Shown here in pieces: positions 1-9,875 of a stretch of DNA of 64,000 bases. Origin of the DNA: Pseudomonadota bacterium (lineage in GTDB: Bacteria; Pseudomonadota; Gammaproteobacteria; JAKAQQ01); NCBI GenBank assembly GCA_021839245.1, contig JAKCBQ010000002.1, positions 57,671-121,670 on the forward strand, given 5' to 3'. A program made the translations under genes and the position numbers. Numbering within the stretch: the first letter of the stretch is position 1; every line of letters starts with the position of its first letter. Under the pieces are notes generated by a model. That model worked only from the letters and a program-made list of their open reading frames with translations. It was not told where the DNA came from and made no database searches.

Positions 1-1
1 G

Positions 2-1033
2 TGGGTGCTGGACAACCTGCGTCCTTTGGAGAACTGGAACGTCAAGGTGGCTCGCGAAGCGTTCCACCTCTTCCCCGCGGCTCCGGGTACGCTCGTCTAT
101 GCGAGCCACACGAACGGAGCCGGTCCGAGCAACTTCCGCGGACCGAATGCGGTGACGGGCGTGGTGATCACCTACAGCCTCCACCAGGCGCTCAAGCCGA
201 CCCCGGCTGAGGCGGCGGCCCACAAGACACCGGTGACGATCGTCGTCCGCAACAGCGCCGGGGGATTTGTCGACCGTTTCAACGGACCCGCAAAAGCCGG
301 TGTCAACCAGGCGGTGTGGACACTGCAGTACCGCGGTCCGGCCCGGCTCAAGCTTGTCGGCGGCGGCCACGGCGGGTTCTTCAGCGGCGGCTTCGGTCCC
401 CGCGTCCCCCCCGGGGTCTACCGGATCAGCGTGAGCGCCGACGGCATCACGCGTACGGTCACCGCTCGGGTGCACCGCGACCCGAACGACCGTGAGCCTC
501 TTGCCGTCTACCGCGCCAACACGCAGCTCGCCCTCACCATGCGTTCGGTCCTTTCCGCCTTCAACCGTCTCCTCGACCGCACCGCCTTCTGGCGTCGTGA
601 TCTCGGAGTGGTCCTCGCGCGGGCTCAGCGGCACCCGGCCTTCGCCCGTCGTCACGCCGCTCTGATCACTCAAGCCAAGGCGCTGGCGAAGACCCTCAAG
701 AGCTTCGAACATCCCCTGTGGGACGCGGATCTCCAGCACGGCGTCTCGGAGGATTTCCTCCGGCACTACTCGCGCACGCACACGCACGTGACGGTGCTCT
801 ACGGGTTCACGGCCTTCGGCGGCCTCACCATGCCGCGCGCGCAGGAGCGGGCGGCTGTGGTGCACGCTCGCCGTCGTGTCGAGGCTCTCCTGGCCCGGAT
901 CAACGGCACGATCCGTGACGCCGTCCGCCGCTACGACGCTCTGGCCTACGGGCAGAAGCTCGGCGTTCTGCCTCTCGGCAAGCCGATCAGGCTTCGTGAG
1001 CCGCCGAAACTCCCACCCGCGACACGGATGTGA
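2..1033 (+). CDS. C-terminal part of a large repeat protein (BNR/sortilin-like family suspected); 5' end lies outside the window
   Basis: The reading frame is open from the window edge to TGA at 1031-1033. The segment ..FRGPNAVTGVVITYSL..VTIVVRNSAGGFVDRFNGPAKAGVNQAVWTLQYRG..PPGVYRISV.. resembles, from memory, the C-terminal module of ~1000-aa BNR/sortilin-like bacterial proteins. Family assignment is not verified. Confidence 0.4.
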   Translation, partial: WVLDNLRPLENWNVKVAREAFHLFPAAPGTLVYASHTNGAGPSNFRGPNAVTGVVITYSLHQALKPTPAEAAAHKTPVTIVVRNSAGGFVDRFNGPAKAGVNQAVWTLQYRGPARLKLVGGGHGGFFSGGFGPRVPPGVYRISVSADGITRTVTARVHRDPNDREPLAVYRANTQLALTMRSVLSAFNRLLDRTAFWRRDLGVVLARAQRHPAFARRHAALITQAKALAKTLKSFEHPLWDADLQHGVSEDFLRHYSRTHTHVTVLYGFTAFGGLTMPRAQERAAVVHARRRVEALLARINGTIRDAVRRYDALAYGQKLGVLPLGKPIRLREPPKLPPATRM

Positions 1034-4000
1034 CCGACGGGCGGGTAACCCCCCTTCCGCAATCGTTCTCCGCGGAAGGGGGAGGGGACGCCGGCGCTGA
1101 GCCGGCGTCCTCGTATGGGCCGCCCGCGACCGGGGGGGCCGAGCCCGTGGGCGATAACGCCATCCGCCTGCGCGGCGTCCGTCAACACAATCTCAGGGAC
1201 ATCGATCTCGACATCCCCCTCGGACGGCTCACCGTGGTCTCCGGGGTCTCGGGTGCGGGAAAGTCTTCCCTCGTTTTCGACACACTCTACGCCGAAGCGC
1301 AGAGGCGTTACGTCGAAACCTTCTCGACCTACGTCCGCCAGTTTCTGGACCGGATGCCCCGGCCTGCCGTGCGCTCGCTCACAGGTGTCCCTCCGGGCGT
1401 CGCCATCCGTCCGTACAACCCCATGCACAACACGCGCTCGACGGTGGGAACGATGACCGAGCTCCTCGATCACCTGCGCGTTCTTTACACACATCTTGCA
1501 CGGGGCTTCTGTCCGTCGTGTGGTGGCCCGATCCGTCGCGACGATCCCGAGTCCGTCGCTCGGCTCCTCCTCGCCGATCCCACCGTGCGGGACCACCGTG
1601 TGAGCGTGCTTTTCCGGATGCGTCGGCCGGAGAACTTCACGTTGGACGAGATGCGTGCGTCGCTCACCCGCCAGGGCTACGTGCGCGTCGACGACGTGGA
1701 TGGCGAGACACTCGAGGTCGAGCAGGACCGCTTCCTCCTCGACGGTCAGGCGGGCGAGAGACTCGAGGAAGCGCTCCGCGCGGCGTTCCGTCACGGTGCG
1801 GAGGTCCGGGTGGTGGTGCGGATGCCGGAGAGTCTTCGGATTCTTCCGTTCGCCCCGCGCTACGGTTGTGCCGCCTGCGGGACCACGCACGTCGAGCCCC
1901 GGGCGCACCTCTTCTCGTTCAACCATCCTCTCGGGGCTTGCCCCACCTGCACCGGTTTCGGGCGGGTGAGCGGCATCGATCCTCACCGCGTCGTTCCCGA
2001 TCCGACTCTTTCCCTGCGCGGCGGAGCGATCCGGCCCTGGCAGTCCGACGCTTACGGGCAGTGCCAGAAGGATCTTCTGCGGGCGGCGCGACGGCGAGGC
2101 ATTGCCGTCGAGCGTCCCTGGGCGGAACTCGCGGCGGACGAGCGCCGCTGGATTTGGGAGGGGGAGGGGGAAAGCGCCTGGGAGGAGGGGCTCTGGTACG
2201 GGGTTCAGGGGTTCTTCCGCTGGCTCGAATCCCGTAGCTACAAGCGTCATGTTCGGATCTTCCTCGCCCAGTACCGATCTTATGTCCCGTGCCCGTCTTG
2301 CGCGGGCATGCGTCTTCGGCCGGAGGCCCTGGATTTCCGTCTGGGGGACGCTGATGCGACGGCACTCGGGTCGATGACGTTCCGCAAGCCTCCGTCGCAC
2401 GTCCGTCTGGCGCCGGACGACTACGCGCGGCTTCCCGGGTTTCATCTCCACGAACTCGCGTCGATCCCGATCGAGACGCTTCAGACCTTTTTTGCCCGTC
2501 TTGAGGTTCCGGAGGGGTTCCTGCGCGCCGGCGGCAACGATCTCCTCGACGCCGTGCGTCACCGGCTGACTTATCTGGTCGAAGTCGGTTTGGGGTACCT
2601 CACGCTGGATCGGTCTTCGCGCACCCTCTCGGGTGGGGAGCTCCAGAGGATCAATCTCACCACCGCTCTTGGAACGGGTTTGGTGCGGACGCTCTTCGCT
2701 CTCGACGAGCCGTCGGTGGGACTCCATCCGCGCGACGTCGATCGCCTCGCCGGGGTGCTCCGGCGTCTCCGCGATGCGGGCAACACGGTGGTGGTCGTCG
2801 AGCACGATCCCGGGCTTCTCGCCGCGGCGGATCATCTGGTCGATCTCGGCCCGGGAGCGGGCGAGGAGGGGGGGCGGGTGGTCTTCGCGGGACCGCTTGC
2901 GGCGCTCCCCGAGGCCCGTGGCTCGAAGACCGCCGATTATCTCCTCGGACGTTTCGAGGTCGGGAAGAGAACGCTGCGCCCTCCGGGGGAGCGCACCTCC
3001 TGGCTGCGGGTGTCGAACATCGAGGCGCGCAATCTTCGTCACGTCGATGTGGCTCTCCCTCTCGGCCACTTCGTGGTCCTTTCGGGAGTGTCCGGAAGCG
3101 GCAAGAGCACGCTCGTCCACGACGTTCTGGCGCCCGCCCTCGGAAGCCATCGCCACGCCCACGGGACCGCGGAGGACATCGCCTGGGGCGAGATTCGGGG
3201 CTTCGAGCGGATCGCCGAAGCCGTCGTCGTCGATCAATCCCCACCCGTCCGCTCGAGCCGCAGCGTGCCTGCGAGCCACGTCGGTGCCTGGAATCTCATC
3301 CGGGAGATCTTCGCGTCCCTGCCGCTCGCCCTTGGCCGCGGCTACGGTCCCGGTCATTTCAGTTTCAACAGCCCGCTCGGTGCCTGTCCGCAGTGCGAGG
3401 GGAGTGGCCAGGAGACCGTGGACCTTCCGTACCTCGCGGATGTCGTCTTGCCCTGCACCGTCTGCGCGGGACGACGCTACCGGCCCGAAGTTCTCGAGGT
3501 GCAGCTCACAGAAGGAGGCGTCTCCCGTTCGATCGCCGATGTGCTTGCACTCACCGTGAGTGAGGCGCGAAAACTCTTCGCCGCGTGGCCCGAGATCGCG
3601 ATGCGTCTCGGGGCCCTCGAGGACGTGGGTCTCGGCTACCTTCGCCTTGGGCAGTCTTTCAGTACGCTTTCGGGCGGTGAGGCCCAGCGCCTCAAACTGG
3701 CCGCCTATGTCGCACCAGCCTTCCTCCGCACGGAAGCGCCCGACGGTCCGCGCACGCTCTTTCTCTTCGATGAGCCGACCACCGGTCTTCACGCCGCGGA
3801 CGTCGATACGCTCATGCACGTTTTCGACAGGCTGCTCGAAAGGGGGCACACGGTGCTTGTCGTCGAGCACAACCTCGACGTCATCGCCGCCGCCGATTGG
3901 GTCATCGATCTCGGCCCGGAAGGCGGCGAGGCGGGGGGCCGCGTCGTGGCCGCCACCACTCCGGAGCGCCTGGCCGACGTGGCCGAGAGCCACACGGGAC

Positions 4001-6648
4001 GGGCTCTTCGCGCCCGCGGTCGCACGCTTTCTCTCGTCTCGCCCGCACCGCCACCACCTCCTCCTGCGATCGCCGTCCGCGGCGCCCGGGTGCACAACCT
4101 GACGGGGCTCACGGTCGATATCCCTCACGAGCGGCTCACGGTGCTCACCGGGGTGTCGGGGAGCGGCAAAAGCACCCTCGCCTTCGACGTCGTCTTCTCC
4201 GAAGGGCAGAGGCGCTTTCTCGAAACCCTCAACGCCTACGTTCGCCAGTACGTTCCCCGTCGCCCGCGTGCCGAGGTCGACGCGATCGAAGGCCTTCCGC
4301 CCACGGTGGCTATCGAGCAGCGGACGAGCCGGGGGGGCGTCAAGAGCACGGTGGCGACGCTCACCGAGATCCATCCGTTCCTCCGTCTTCTCTACGCCCA
4401 CCTCGGGCAAGCGTTCTGTGTCGCCTGCGGCGAGCCCATCGTCTCGCGGGACCGCGCCTCGATCCTCGCCGAGATCGCCCGCGCGTTCGCGGGTCGCGAG
4501 ATCGAGTTTCTGGCCCCCCTCGTTCGCGCCCGCAAGGGCCACTACCGGACGCTCGGCCCCTGGGCCCGGCGGCACGGATACGAGAAGCTCCGTGTGGACG
4601 GAACCGATGTCGCTGTCCGTGATTGGGAGCCTCTGAGCCGCTACCGCACGCACACGATTGAGATCGTGCTTGGCCCCTTGCGGGTCGGAAAGAACGCGGC
4701 AGACCTGGGCGAGATGTTCGACCGGGCTCAGGCCTTGGCCCACGGCACCGTGGCGGTGCGCGGCGGCGGAACCGAAAAGGTCTTTTCCCTTGCGCGCGGC
4801 TGTCCCGCCTGCGGGCGCGGAGTTCCGCCGCCGGATCCGTACCTCTTTTCGTTCAGTTCGCCTCTCGGCTGGTGCCCGGAGTGCACCGGGACGGGACTCG
4901 CCGGACCGCCCGGCGACGACGGCGACGAGATTGCCGTGTGCCCCGCTTGCCGCGGGCGACGTCTCCGCCCCGAAGCGTTGGTTGTGCGCTTGGGGGATCG
5001 GGATATCGGCACTCTTGTCGCCGGTACGGTCGAGGAGGTGCGCCGCTTTTTTGAGGGGCTCAAGCTCAAGGGTCGGGCGCGGGCGATCGGCGAGGATCTT
5101 CGGCGTGAGATTCTCCTTCGCCTCGGATTCCTGACCGAGGTCGGCCTCGGCTACCTCACCCTCGATCGGGCGGCTCCGACCCTCTCGGGCGGTGAGGCTC
5201 AACGGCTCCGGCTTGCAGCCCAGCTCGGAACCAGTCTCCGCGGCGTCTGCTACGTGCTCGATGAGCCTTCGATCGGACTCCATCCCGTTGATCAGCACCG
5301 CCTCGTCCACGCCCTTCACAGGCTCCGCGACGCCGGCAACACGGTCCTCGTCGTCGAGCACGACGAGGACACGATGCGCGCGAGCGACCGCATCATCGAT
5401 CTCGGTCCCGGCGCCGGGCGCGAAGGCGGCCGTGTCGTCGCCGAGGGCACGTGGCGCGAAATCGCCGCCGCGCCCACCGCCACCGGGCGCGCGCTTGCCC
5501 GTCGGCCGACGCTGTCCCCCCGTCCCCTCCGGCCGTACCGCGAGGGGCGCGACCCCGCGCTACGCCTCGAGGGCATCCGCGCCCGCAACATCGACGGTCT
5601 TGACGTGAGCGTTCCGCTTGGCCGTCTCGTGGTCGTGACGGGCGTTTCCGGCAGCGGCAAGTCCACCCTCGTCCGAGGCGTTGTCCTGCGCGCGGTGCGC
5701 GAAGCCCTCGAAGGCCGCGCCCGTCGCGCCCCCCGCTCGGCACCGGCCCCTCTCTGGCACCGCTTCCACGGCGCCCGGGCGATCGCGCGCGTTCTCGAGA
5801 TCGACCAAAGCCCGATCGGGAAGAACCCCCGTTCCTGCCCGGCCACTTACGTCGGTTTCTGGGACGACGTCCGCGGCCTCTACGCCCGCACGGTCGATGC
5901 CCGGGCGCTCGGTTTTGGGGCGACGCGGTTTTCCTTCAACACCAAGGCGGGAGCCTGCCCCCAATGCCAAGGACAGGGGGTCGTCCACCTCGAGATGCAG
6001 TTCCTTCCCGATGTTCACGTGCCCTGTGAGGCGTGCGGCGGACGGCGCTACGCCGAAGCCGTCGAGTCCGTTCGTTGGCAGGGCCGTACGGTCGGTGATC
6101 TCCTCACGCTCACCGTGGCCGAGGCCCGCCCGCTCTTTGCCGCCCATGCCCGGATCGACCGTGCTCTCGGCCTTCTCGAAGATGTCGGTCTCGGTTACCT
6201 CACGCTGGGGCAACCCTCGCCGACCCTCTCGGGCGGTGAGGCCCAGCGGCTCAAGCTCGTGAGCGAACTCGCCCGCACCGAGACGCGCCGTTCGCCTCCC
6301 ACGCTCTACGTCCTCGACGAGCCTACGGTGGGGCTTCATCAGGAAGATGTGGCCCGGCTCCTGGCCACGCTCGAAAAGTTCGTTGCGGCCGGCCATTCCG
6401 TCGTTGTCATCGAGCACAATCTCGACGTCATGACGGCGGCCGACTGGATCATTGACCTGGGCCCGGGCGGTGGGCCCGCGGGAGGACGCCTCGTCGCAGC
6501 CGGCCCGCCGCAGCGCATCCGCCGCCGCCGCACAGCGACGGGGCGTGCCCTCGACGCGCATCTTCGCGGGACGGAAGCCGTAACGCCCGCCCCTGGCGCG
6601 GAAGGGTGTTCCCGTGATCGCGCCGGGCGGGACGAGGCAATCGCGTAA
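1030..6648 (+). CDS. Tandem-duplicated UvrA-family ABC ATPase (two UvrA-like units in one 1872-aa chain)
   Basis: Four Walker A loops (GVSGAGKSS, then GVSGSGKST three times). Four ABC signatures (LSGGELQR, then LSGGEAQR three times). Four Walker B motifs (LDEPSVGLH, FDEPTTGLH, LDEPSIGLH, LDEPTVGLH). Six UvrA-type Cys4 modules, for example CPSCG..CAACG, CPTCTG..CPSCAG and CPQCEG..CTVCAG. The two halves are joined by PPPPPP at nt 4048-4065. The GTG start overlaps the upstream stop (GTGA). Confidence 0.85.
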   Translation: MTDGRVTPLPQSFSAEGGGDAGAEPASSYGPPATGGAEPVGDNAIRLRGVRQHNLRDIDLDIPLGRLTVVSGVSGAGKSSLVFDTLYAEAQRRYVETFSTYVRQFLDRMPRPAVRSLTGVPPGVAIRPYNPMHNTRSTVGTMTELLDHLRVLYTHLARGFCPSCGGPIRRDDPESVARLLLADPTVRDHRVSVLFRMRRPENFTLDEMRASLTRQGYVRVDDVDGETLEVEQDRFLLDGQAGERLEEALRAAFRHGAEVRVVVRMPESLRILPFAPRYGCAACGTTHVEPRAHLFSFNHPLGACPTCTGFGRVSGIDPHRVVPDPTLSLRGGAIRPWQSDAYGQCQKDLLRAARRRGIAVERPWAELAADERRWIWEGEGESAWEEGLWYGVQGFFRWLESRSYKRHVRIFLAQYRSYVPCPSCAGMRLRPEALDFRLGDADATALGSMTFRKPPSHVRLAPDDYARLPGFHLHELASIPIETLQTFFARLEVPEGFLRAGGNDLLDAVRHRLTYLVEVGLGYLTLDRSSRTLSGGELQRINLTTALGTGLVRTLFALDEPSVGLHPRDVDRLAGVLRRLRDAGNTVVVVEHDPGLLAAADHLVDLGPGAGEEGGRVVFAGPLAALPEARGSKTADYLLGRFEVGKRTLRPPGERTSWLRVSNIEARNLRHVDVALPLGHFVVLSGVSGSGKSTLVHDVLAPALGSHRHAHGTAEDIAWGEIRGFERIAEAVVVDQSPPVRSSRSVPASHVGAWNLIREIFASLPLALGRGYGPGHFSFNSPLGACPQCEGSGQETVDLPYLADVVLPCTVCAGRRYRPEVLEVQLTEGGVSRSIADVLALTVSEARKLFAAWPEIAMRLGALEDVGLGYLRLGQSFSTLSGGEAQRLKLAAYVAPAFLRTEAPDGPRTLFLFDEPTTGLHAADVDTLMHVFDRLLERGHTVLVVEHNLDVIAAADWVIDLGPEGGEAGGRVVAATTPERLADVAESHTGRALRARGRTLSLVSPAPPPPPPAIAVRGARVHNLTGLTVDIPHERLTVLTGVSGSGKSTLAFDVVFSEGQRRFLETLNAYVRQYVPRRPRAEVDAIEGLPPTVAIEQRTSRGGVKSTVATLTEIHPFLRLLYAHLGQAFCVACGEPIVSRDRASILAEIARAFAGREIEFLAPLVRARKGHYRTLGPWARRHGYEKLRVDGTDVAVRDWEPLSRYRTHTIEIVLGPLRVGKNAADLGEMFDRAQALAHGTVAVRGGGTEKVFSLARGCPACGRGVPPPDPYLFSFSSPLGWCPECTGTGLAGPPGDDGDEIAVCPACRGRRLRPEALVVRLGDRDIGTLVAGTVEEVRRFFEGLKLKGRARAIGEDLRREILLRLGFLTEVGLGYLTLDRAAPTLSGGEAQRLRLAAQLGTSLRGVCYVLDEPSIGLHPVDQHRLVHALHRLRDAGNTVLVVEHDEDTMRASDRIIDLGPGAGREGGRVVAEGTWREIAAAPTATGRALARRPTLSPRPLRPYREGRDPALRLEGIRARNIDGLDVSVPLGRLVVVTGVSGSGKSTLVRGVVLRAVREALEGRARRAPRSAPAPLWHRFHGARAIARVLEIDQSPIGKNPRSCPATYVGFWDDVRGLYARTVDARALGFGATRFSFNTKAGACPQCQGQGVVHLEMQFLPDVHVPCEACGGRRYAEAVESVRWQGRTVGDLLTLTVAEARPLFAAHARIDRALGLLEDVGLGYLTLGQPSPTLSGGEAQRLKLVSELARTETRRSPPTLYVLDEPTVGLHQEDVARLLATLEKFVAAGHSVVVIEHNLDVMTAADWIIDLGPGGGPAGGRLVAAGPPQRIRRRRTATGRALDAHLRGTEAVTPAPGAEGCSRDRAGRDEAIA

Positions 6649-6682
6649 AATTCGCGGAGGCCCTTCCTTCGGGAGTTCGTAC

Positions 6683-8452
6683 GTGTCCTATCAGGCTCCT
6701 CTGGCTGAATATCGCTTCCTTCTCGACGATGTCTTCGGACTGAGTGAAATCCCAATCTTGTCCCCGGAGGGGACGCTCGACCCCGGGACCGTTGACACCG
6801 TTCTCGAGGAGGGTGCCCGATTCGCGGAGGAACGCCTGGCGCCCACGAACCGCGACGGCGACACGGAGGGGGCGCGCCTGACCCCGACGGGGGTGGTCGC
6901 CCCGGCATCCTTCAAGGATGTCTACACCGATTTCGTGGCAGGGGGTTGGAACGGCGTCTCGTTCCCCGCCGAGTACGACGGCATGGGTTTGCCCGAGCTC
7001 CTGAGCGCCGTCCTCCAGGAGATGTGGCAGTCGGCGAACATGTCTTTTTCGCTTTGCCCGCTTCTGACTCAGGGGGCGGTCGAGCTTCTGCTCAGATTCG
7101 GAACGCCCGAACAGAAAGCGCTCTACGCGAAGCCGATGGTGAGCGGTCGCTGGACGGGGACCATGAACCTCACCGAGCCCCAGGCCGGAAGCGACCTTGG
7201 CGCCACCCGCGCGCTCGCCGAACCCACGGGCGCACCCGGCCGCTTTCGTCTGCGCGGTCAGAAGATCTACATCACCTGGGGGGAACACGATCTTGCCGAG
7301 AACATCGTGCACATGGTGCTTGCCCGCACCCCCGGCGCGCCGGAGGGAACCCGTGGCCTCTCCCTCTTCATCGTGCCTCGCCGTCGCCCCAAGGCAGACG
7401 GGACCCCGGGGGAGGAGAATGACCTGCGGGCCGTCTCCATCGAACATAAGCTCGGCATCCATGGAAGCCCCACCTGCGTGATGAGCTACGGGGACAAGGG
7501 CGGGGCCGACGCTTGGCTCATCGGGGAGCAGCATCAAGGGTTGGCGGCGATGTTTCTCATGATGAACCGGGCGCGGCTCTCCGTCGGCCAGCAGGGGGTG
7601 GCGGTTTCCGAAGCGGCGTTCCAGGCGGCGCGCCGCTACGCGCGCGAGCGGGTGCAGGGCGCGGACCCCTCAGGCGGGGGAGGGCGGGTCACGATCGCGC
7701 ACCACCCCGACGTGCGCCGCATGCTCTGGCTCATGAAGTCCCAGATCGAGGCCATGCGTCTCGTGGCGCTCGACGCCTTCCGTTCCCTCGACCTCTCCGA
7801 ACGCGGCCGCGGCGCGGAGAAAGATCGCCACGCTCGTCGGGTGGCGCTCCTCACGCCGATCGTGAAGGGCTGGTCCACCGAGACCGCGCAGGAGATAGTC
7901 TCGCTGGCACTCCAGGTTCACGGCGGCATGGGTTACGTCGAGGAGACAGGCGTGGCGCAGTACGTCCGCGACGCCCGCATCCTCACGATCTACGAAGGAA
8001 CGACCGGGATCCAGGCGTTGGATTTCGTCGGGCGCAAGATCCTCCGCGACCGCGGTGTGACGCTTGGGGAACTCGCCGAGGAAGTGGCCGGCGATTGCGC
8101 GTCGGCTCCGCCCGCATTGCGCGCACGCGCGGAGACCGTTCGGCGCGTGCTCGACGATCTCCGGCGCGCTGTGGCCGATGTCCTCGGCGCCGCTTCCGGT
8201 GAGGCCCTCCTCGCGCCCAGCGTGGCCACCCCGCTTCTCATGGCGTGCGGCACTCTTCTCGGGGGCGCGATCCTCCTTCGCGCGTCCGCGCGCGCTGTGG
8301 CGCGGGGCGAGCGTTCGCCTGTGCCCACCGACGAAAAGATTGCGAGCGCCGCTTTCTATGTCGATCACGTGCTTCCGCGTGCCCAGGCGCATATCGCCGC
8401 GGCACGCAGCGGCGTCGGCGTCCTGGGCGAGGACGACACTCGTCTCGGTTGA
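6683..8452 (+). CDS. Long-form acyl-CoA dehydrogenase (~589 aa)
   Basis: GTG at 6683 has GGGAG 7 nt upstream and lies after the uvrA-like stop. The N-terminus MSYQAPLAEYRFLLDDV and the motif IYEGTTGIQALDFVGRK are typical of ~590-600-aa proteobacterial acyl-CoA dehydrogenases. Confidence 0.85.
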   Translation: MSYQAPLAEYRFLLDDVFGLSEIPILSPEGTLDPGTVDTVLEEGARFAEERLAPTNRDGDTEGARLTPTGVVAPASFKDVYTDFVAGGWNGVSFPAEYDGMGLPELLSAVLQEMWQSANMSFSLCPLLTQGAVELLLRFGTPEQKALYAKPMVSGRWTGTMNLTEPQAGSDLGATRALAEPTGAPGRFRLRGQKIYITWGEHDLAENIVHMVLARTPGAPEGTRGLSLFIVPRRRPKADGTPGEENDLRAVSIEHKLGIHGSPTCVMSYGDKGGADAWLIGEQHQGLAAMFLMMNRARLSVGQQGVAVSEAAFQAARRYARERVQGADPSGGGGRVTIAHHPDVRRMLWLMKSQIEAMRLVALDAFRSLDLSERGRGAEKDRHARRVALLTPIVKGWSTETAQEIVSLALQVHGGMGYVEETGVAQYVRDARILTIYEGTTGIQALDFVGRKILRDRGVTLGELAEEVAGDCASAPPALRARAETVRRVLDDLRRAVADVLGAASGEALLAPSVATPLLMACGTLLGGAILLRASARAVARGERSPVPTDEKIASAAFYVDHVLPRAQAHIAAARSGVGVLGEDDTRLG

Positions 8453-8481
8453 GGCAGAACCACGAAGGGCCTTCGGAAGGC

Positions 8482-8516
8482 GGCATCGGCTAAAATAGCG
8501 CCGATGCCTCGTTTTT
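8482..8516 (+). terminator. Rho-independent terminator after the acyl-CoA dehydrogenase gene
   Basis: A 9-bp stem GGCATCGGC / GCCGATGCC (8482-8490 and 8500-8508) with a 9-nt loop, followed by TCGTTTTT. Confidence 0.75.
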
Positions 8517-8598
8517 CTGCTTCGTTTCGCCGCACGGGCGCAGGGCGTGTTTCGGCCGCGGGGGAAGAGGCGGCGGCGTCATCGTGTGTGGGCAGAAC

Positions 8599-9216
8599 AT
8601 GCTCGATATCGAAGGGCTAGTCTTGCGACGGGGACGCCGTCTTCTTGCTCGCCGCATCGACCTCCGTGTGGACCGGGGGGCTTTTGCCTACATCGTCGGT
8701 CCCAACGGCTCGGGCAAGAGCACCTTGCTTCGTGTTCTCGCCGGCTTCGGAAGACCGGAAGAGGGCGTGATCCGATGGAGCGGGCGCACGATCGGAGAGT
8801 GGGGGGGGGCTTATCGCGGAGAGGTGGCGTTTCTCGGGCACCTCGAGGGAATCAAGCCGATGCTGACGCCTGAAGAAAACCTCGCGTACCGGAGACTCCT
8901 GGTCGGCCCGACGGGTTGGCGGGTTCCCACACCGTCTCCCTTCTTTGATGCCTCCGCGCTTCCCGATCTTCCTTGCCAGCGGCTCTCGGCCGGTCAGCGT
9001 CGGCGTGTGTCTCTCGCGTGCCTCGAACACAGCGCGGCGCCGCTTTGGTTGCTCGATGAGCCCCTGACCTCCCTCGACCATGACGGCGTTGCCGCTCTGG
9101 GTGGGCTCCTTGCCCGCCACCTCATGGCCGGAGGGACGGCCGTCGTGGCCAGCCACCAGCCGCTCCCTCCGACGCTCGTCCCCGCAACCGTGCTCGAACT
9201 CGGAACGAAGCGATGA
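8599..9216 (+). CDS. ccmA: Cytochrome c biogenesis heme-exporting ATPase CcmA
   Basis: ABC ATPase with GPNGSGKSTLLRVLAG, LSAGQRRRVSLA and LWLLDEPLTSLD. It is the first gene of a ccm cluster. ATG at 8599 is preferred over the upstream GTG at 8584. Confidence 0.9.
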   Translation: MLDIEGLVLRRGRRLLARRIDLRVDRGAFAYIVGPNGSGKSTLLRVLAGFGRPEEGVIRWSGRTIGEWGGAYRGEVAFLGHLEGIKPMLTPEENLAYRRLLVGPTGWRVPTPSPFFDASALPDLPCQRLSAGQRRRVSLACLEHSAAPLWLLDEPLTSLDHDGVAALGGLLARHLMAGGTAVVASHQPLPPTLVPATVLELGTKR

Positions 9217-9872
9217 ATGGGCTTCTCGGCGCGCAGCTTCGCATGATCTACCGGGCCCGGGGCGATTACTTGGCGCCGGTCATTTTTTATGTCCTTGTGG
9301 CCTCGCTCTTTCCACTGGCGCTCGGCCCGAGCCCGCGCCTTCTCTCGCTCATCGCCCCGGGCGTCATCTGGATCGACGCCACGTTGGCGTCGGTGGTCGC
9401 CTTTGCCGGCCTCTTCCGGGACGATTACGACGACGGAAGCCTCGAACAGATGTTGTTGAGTCCACGTCCTCTGGAACTCATCGTGCTCGTGCGGGTCTTT
9501 GCAGGGTGGGTGTCGCTGAGCCTCCCCCTCGTCCTCCTGGCGCCTCTTTTGGCGTTGTGGTTCTCGTTTCCTCCGCCGATCCTGCCGGTTCTTCTCGTGT
9601 CGCTCGTTCTGACCACCGGTTGCCTCACGCTTCTCGGGGCTTTGGGATCGGCTCTCACCGTGGGTCTGCGTCATTCCCTCGTCCTTCTTCCGGTGCTTCT
9701 CCTTCCGTTGGCCACGCCGGTGCTCATCTTCGGAGCCCACGCCGTGCTCCTCGCCGAACGGGGCCTCGATCCGAGGACGCCGCTTTACGTGCTGGCCGCA
9801 CTCTTCTTTCTGGCTCTGGCGCTCATCCCCAAAGCCACCGCCGCCGCCCTTCGGGTGGCCCTGGAGGTCTGA
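9213..9872 (+). CDS. ccmB: Heme exporter membrane protein CcmB
   Basis: 219-aa polytopic membrane protein. ATGA overlap with ccmA. Position and size fit CcmB. Confidence 0.9.
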   Translation: MNGLLGAQLRMIYRARGDYLAPVIFYVLVASLFPLALGPSPRLLSLIAPGVIWIDATLASVVAFAGLFRDDYDDGSLEQMLLSPRPLELIVLVRVFAGWVSLSLPLVLLAPLLALWFSFPPPILPVLLVSLVLTTGCLTLLGALGSALTVGLRHSLVLLPVLLLPLATPVLIFGAHAVLLAERGLDPRTPLYVLAALFFLALALIPKATAAALRVALEV

Positions 9873-9875
9873 ACC

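Noticed and set aside
946-5361. A 1471-aa ORF on the minus strand spanning most of the uvrA-like gene.
   Set aside because: It lies exactly antisense to a gene with unmistakable ABC/UvrA motifs. Its translation is Arg/Gly/Glu/Pro-rich low-complexity sequence with no motifs and no RBS. This is the classic stop-codon-poor antisense frame of very high-G+C DNA.
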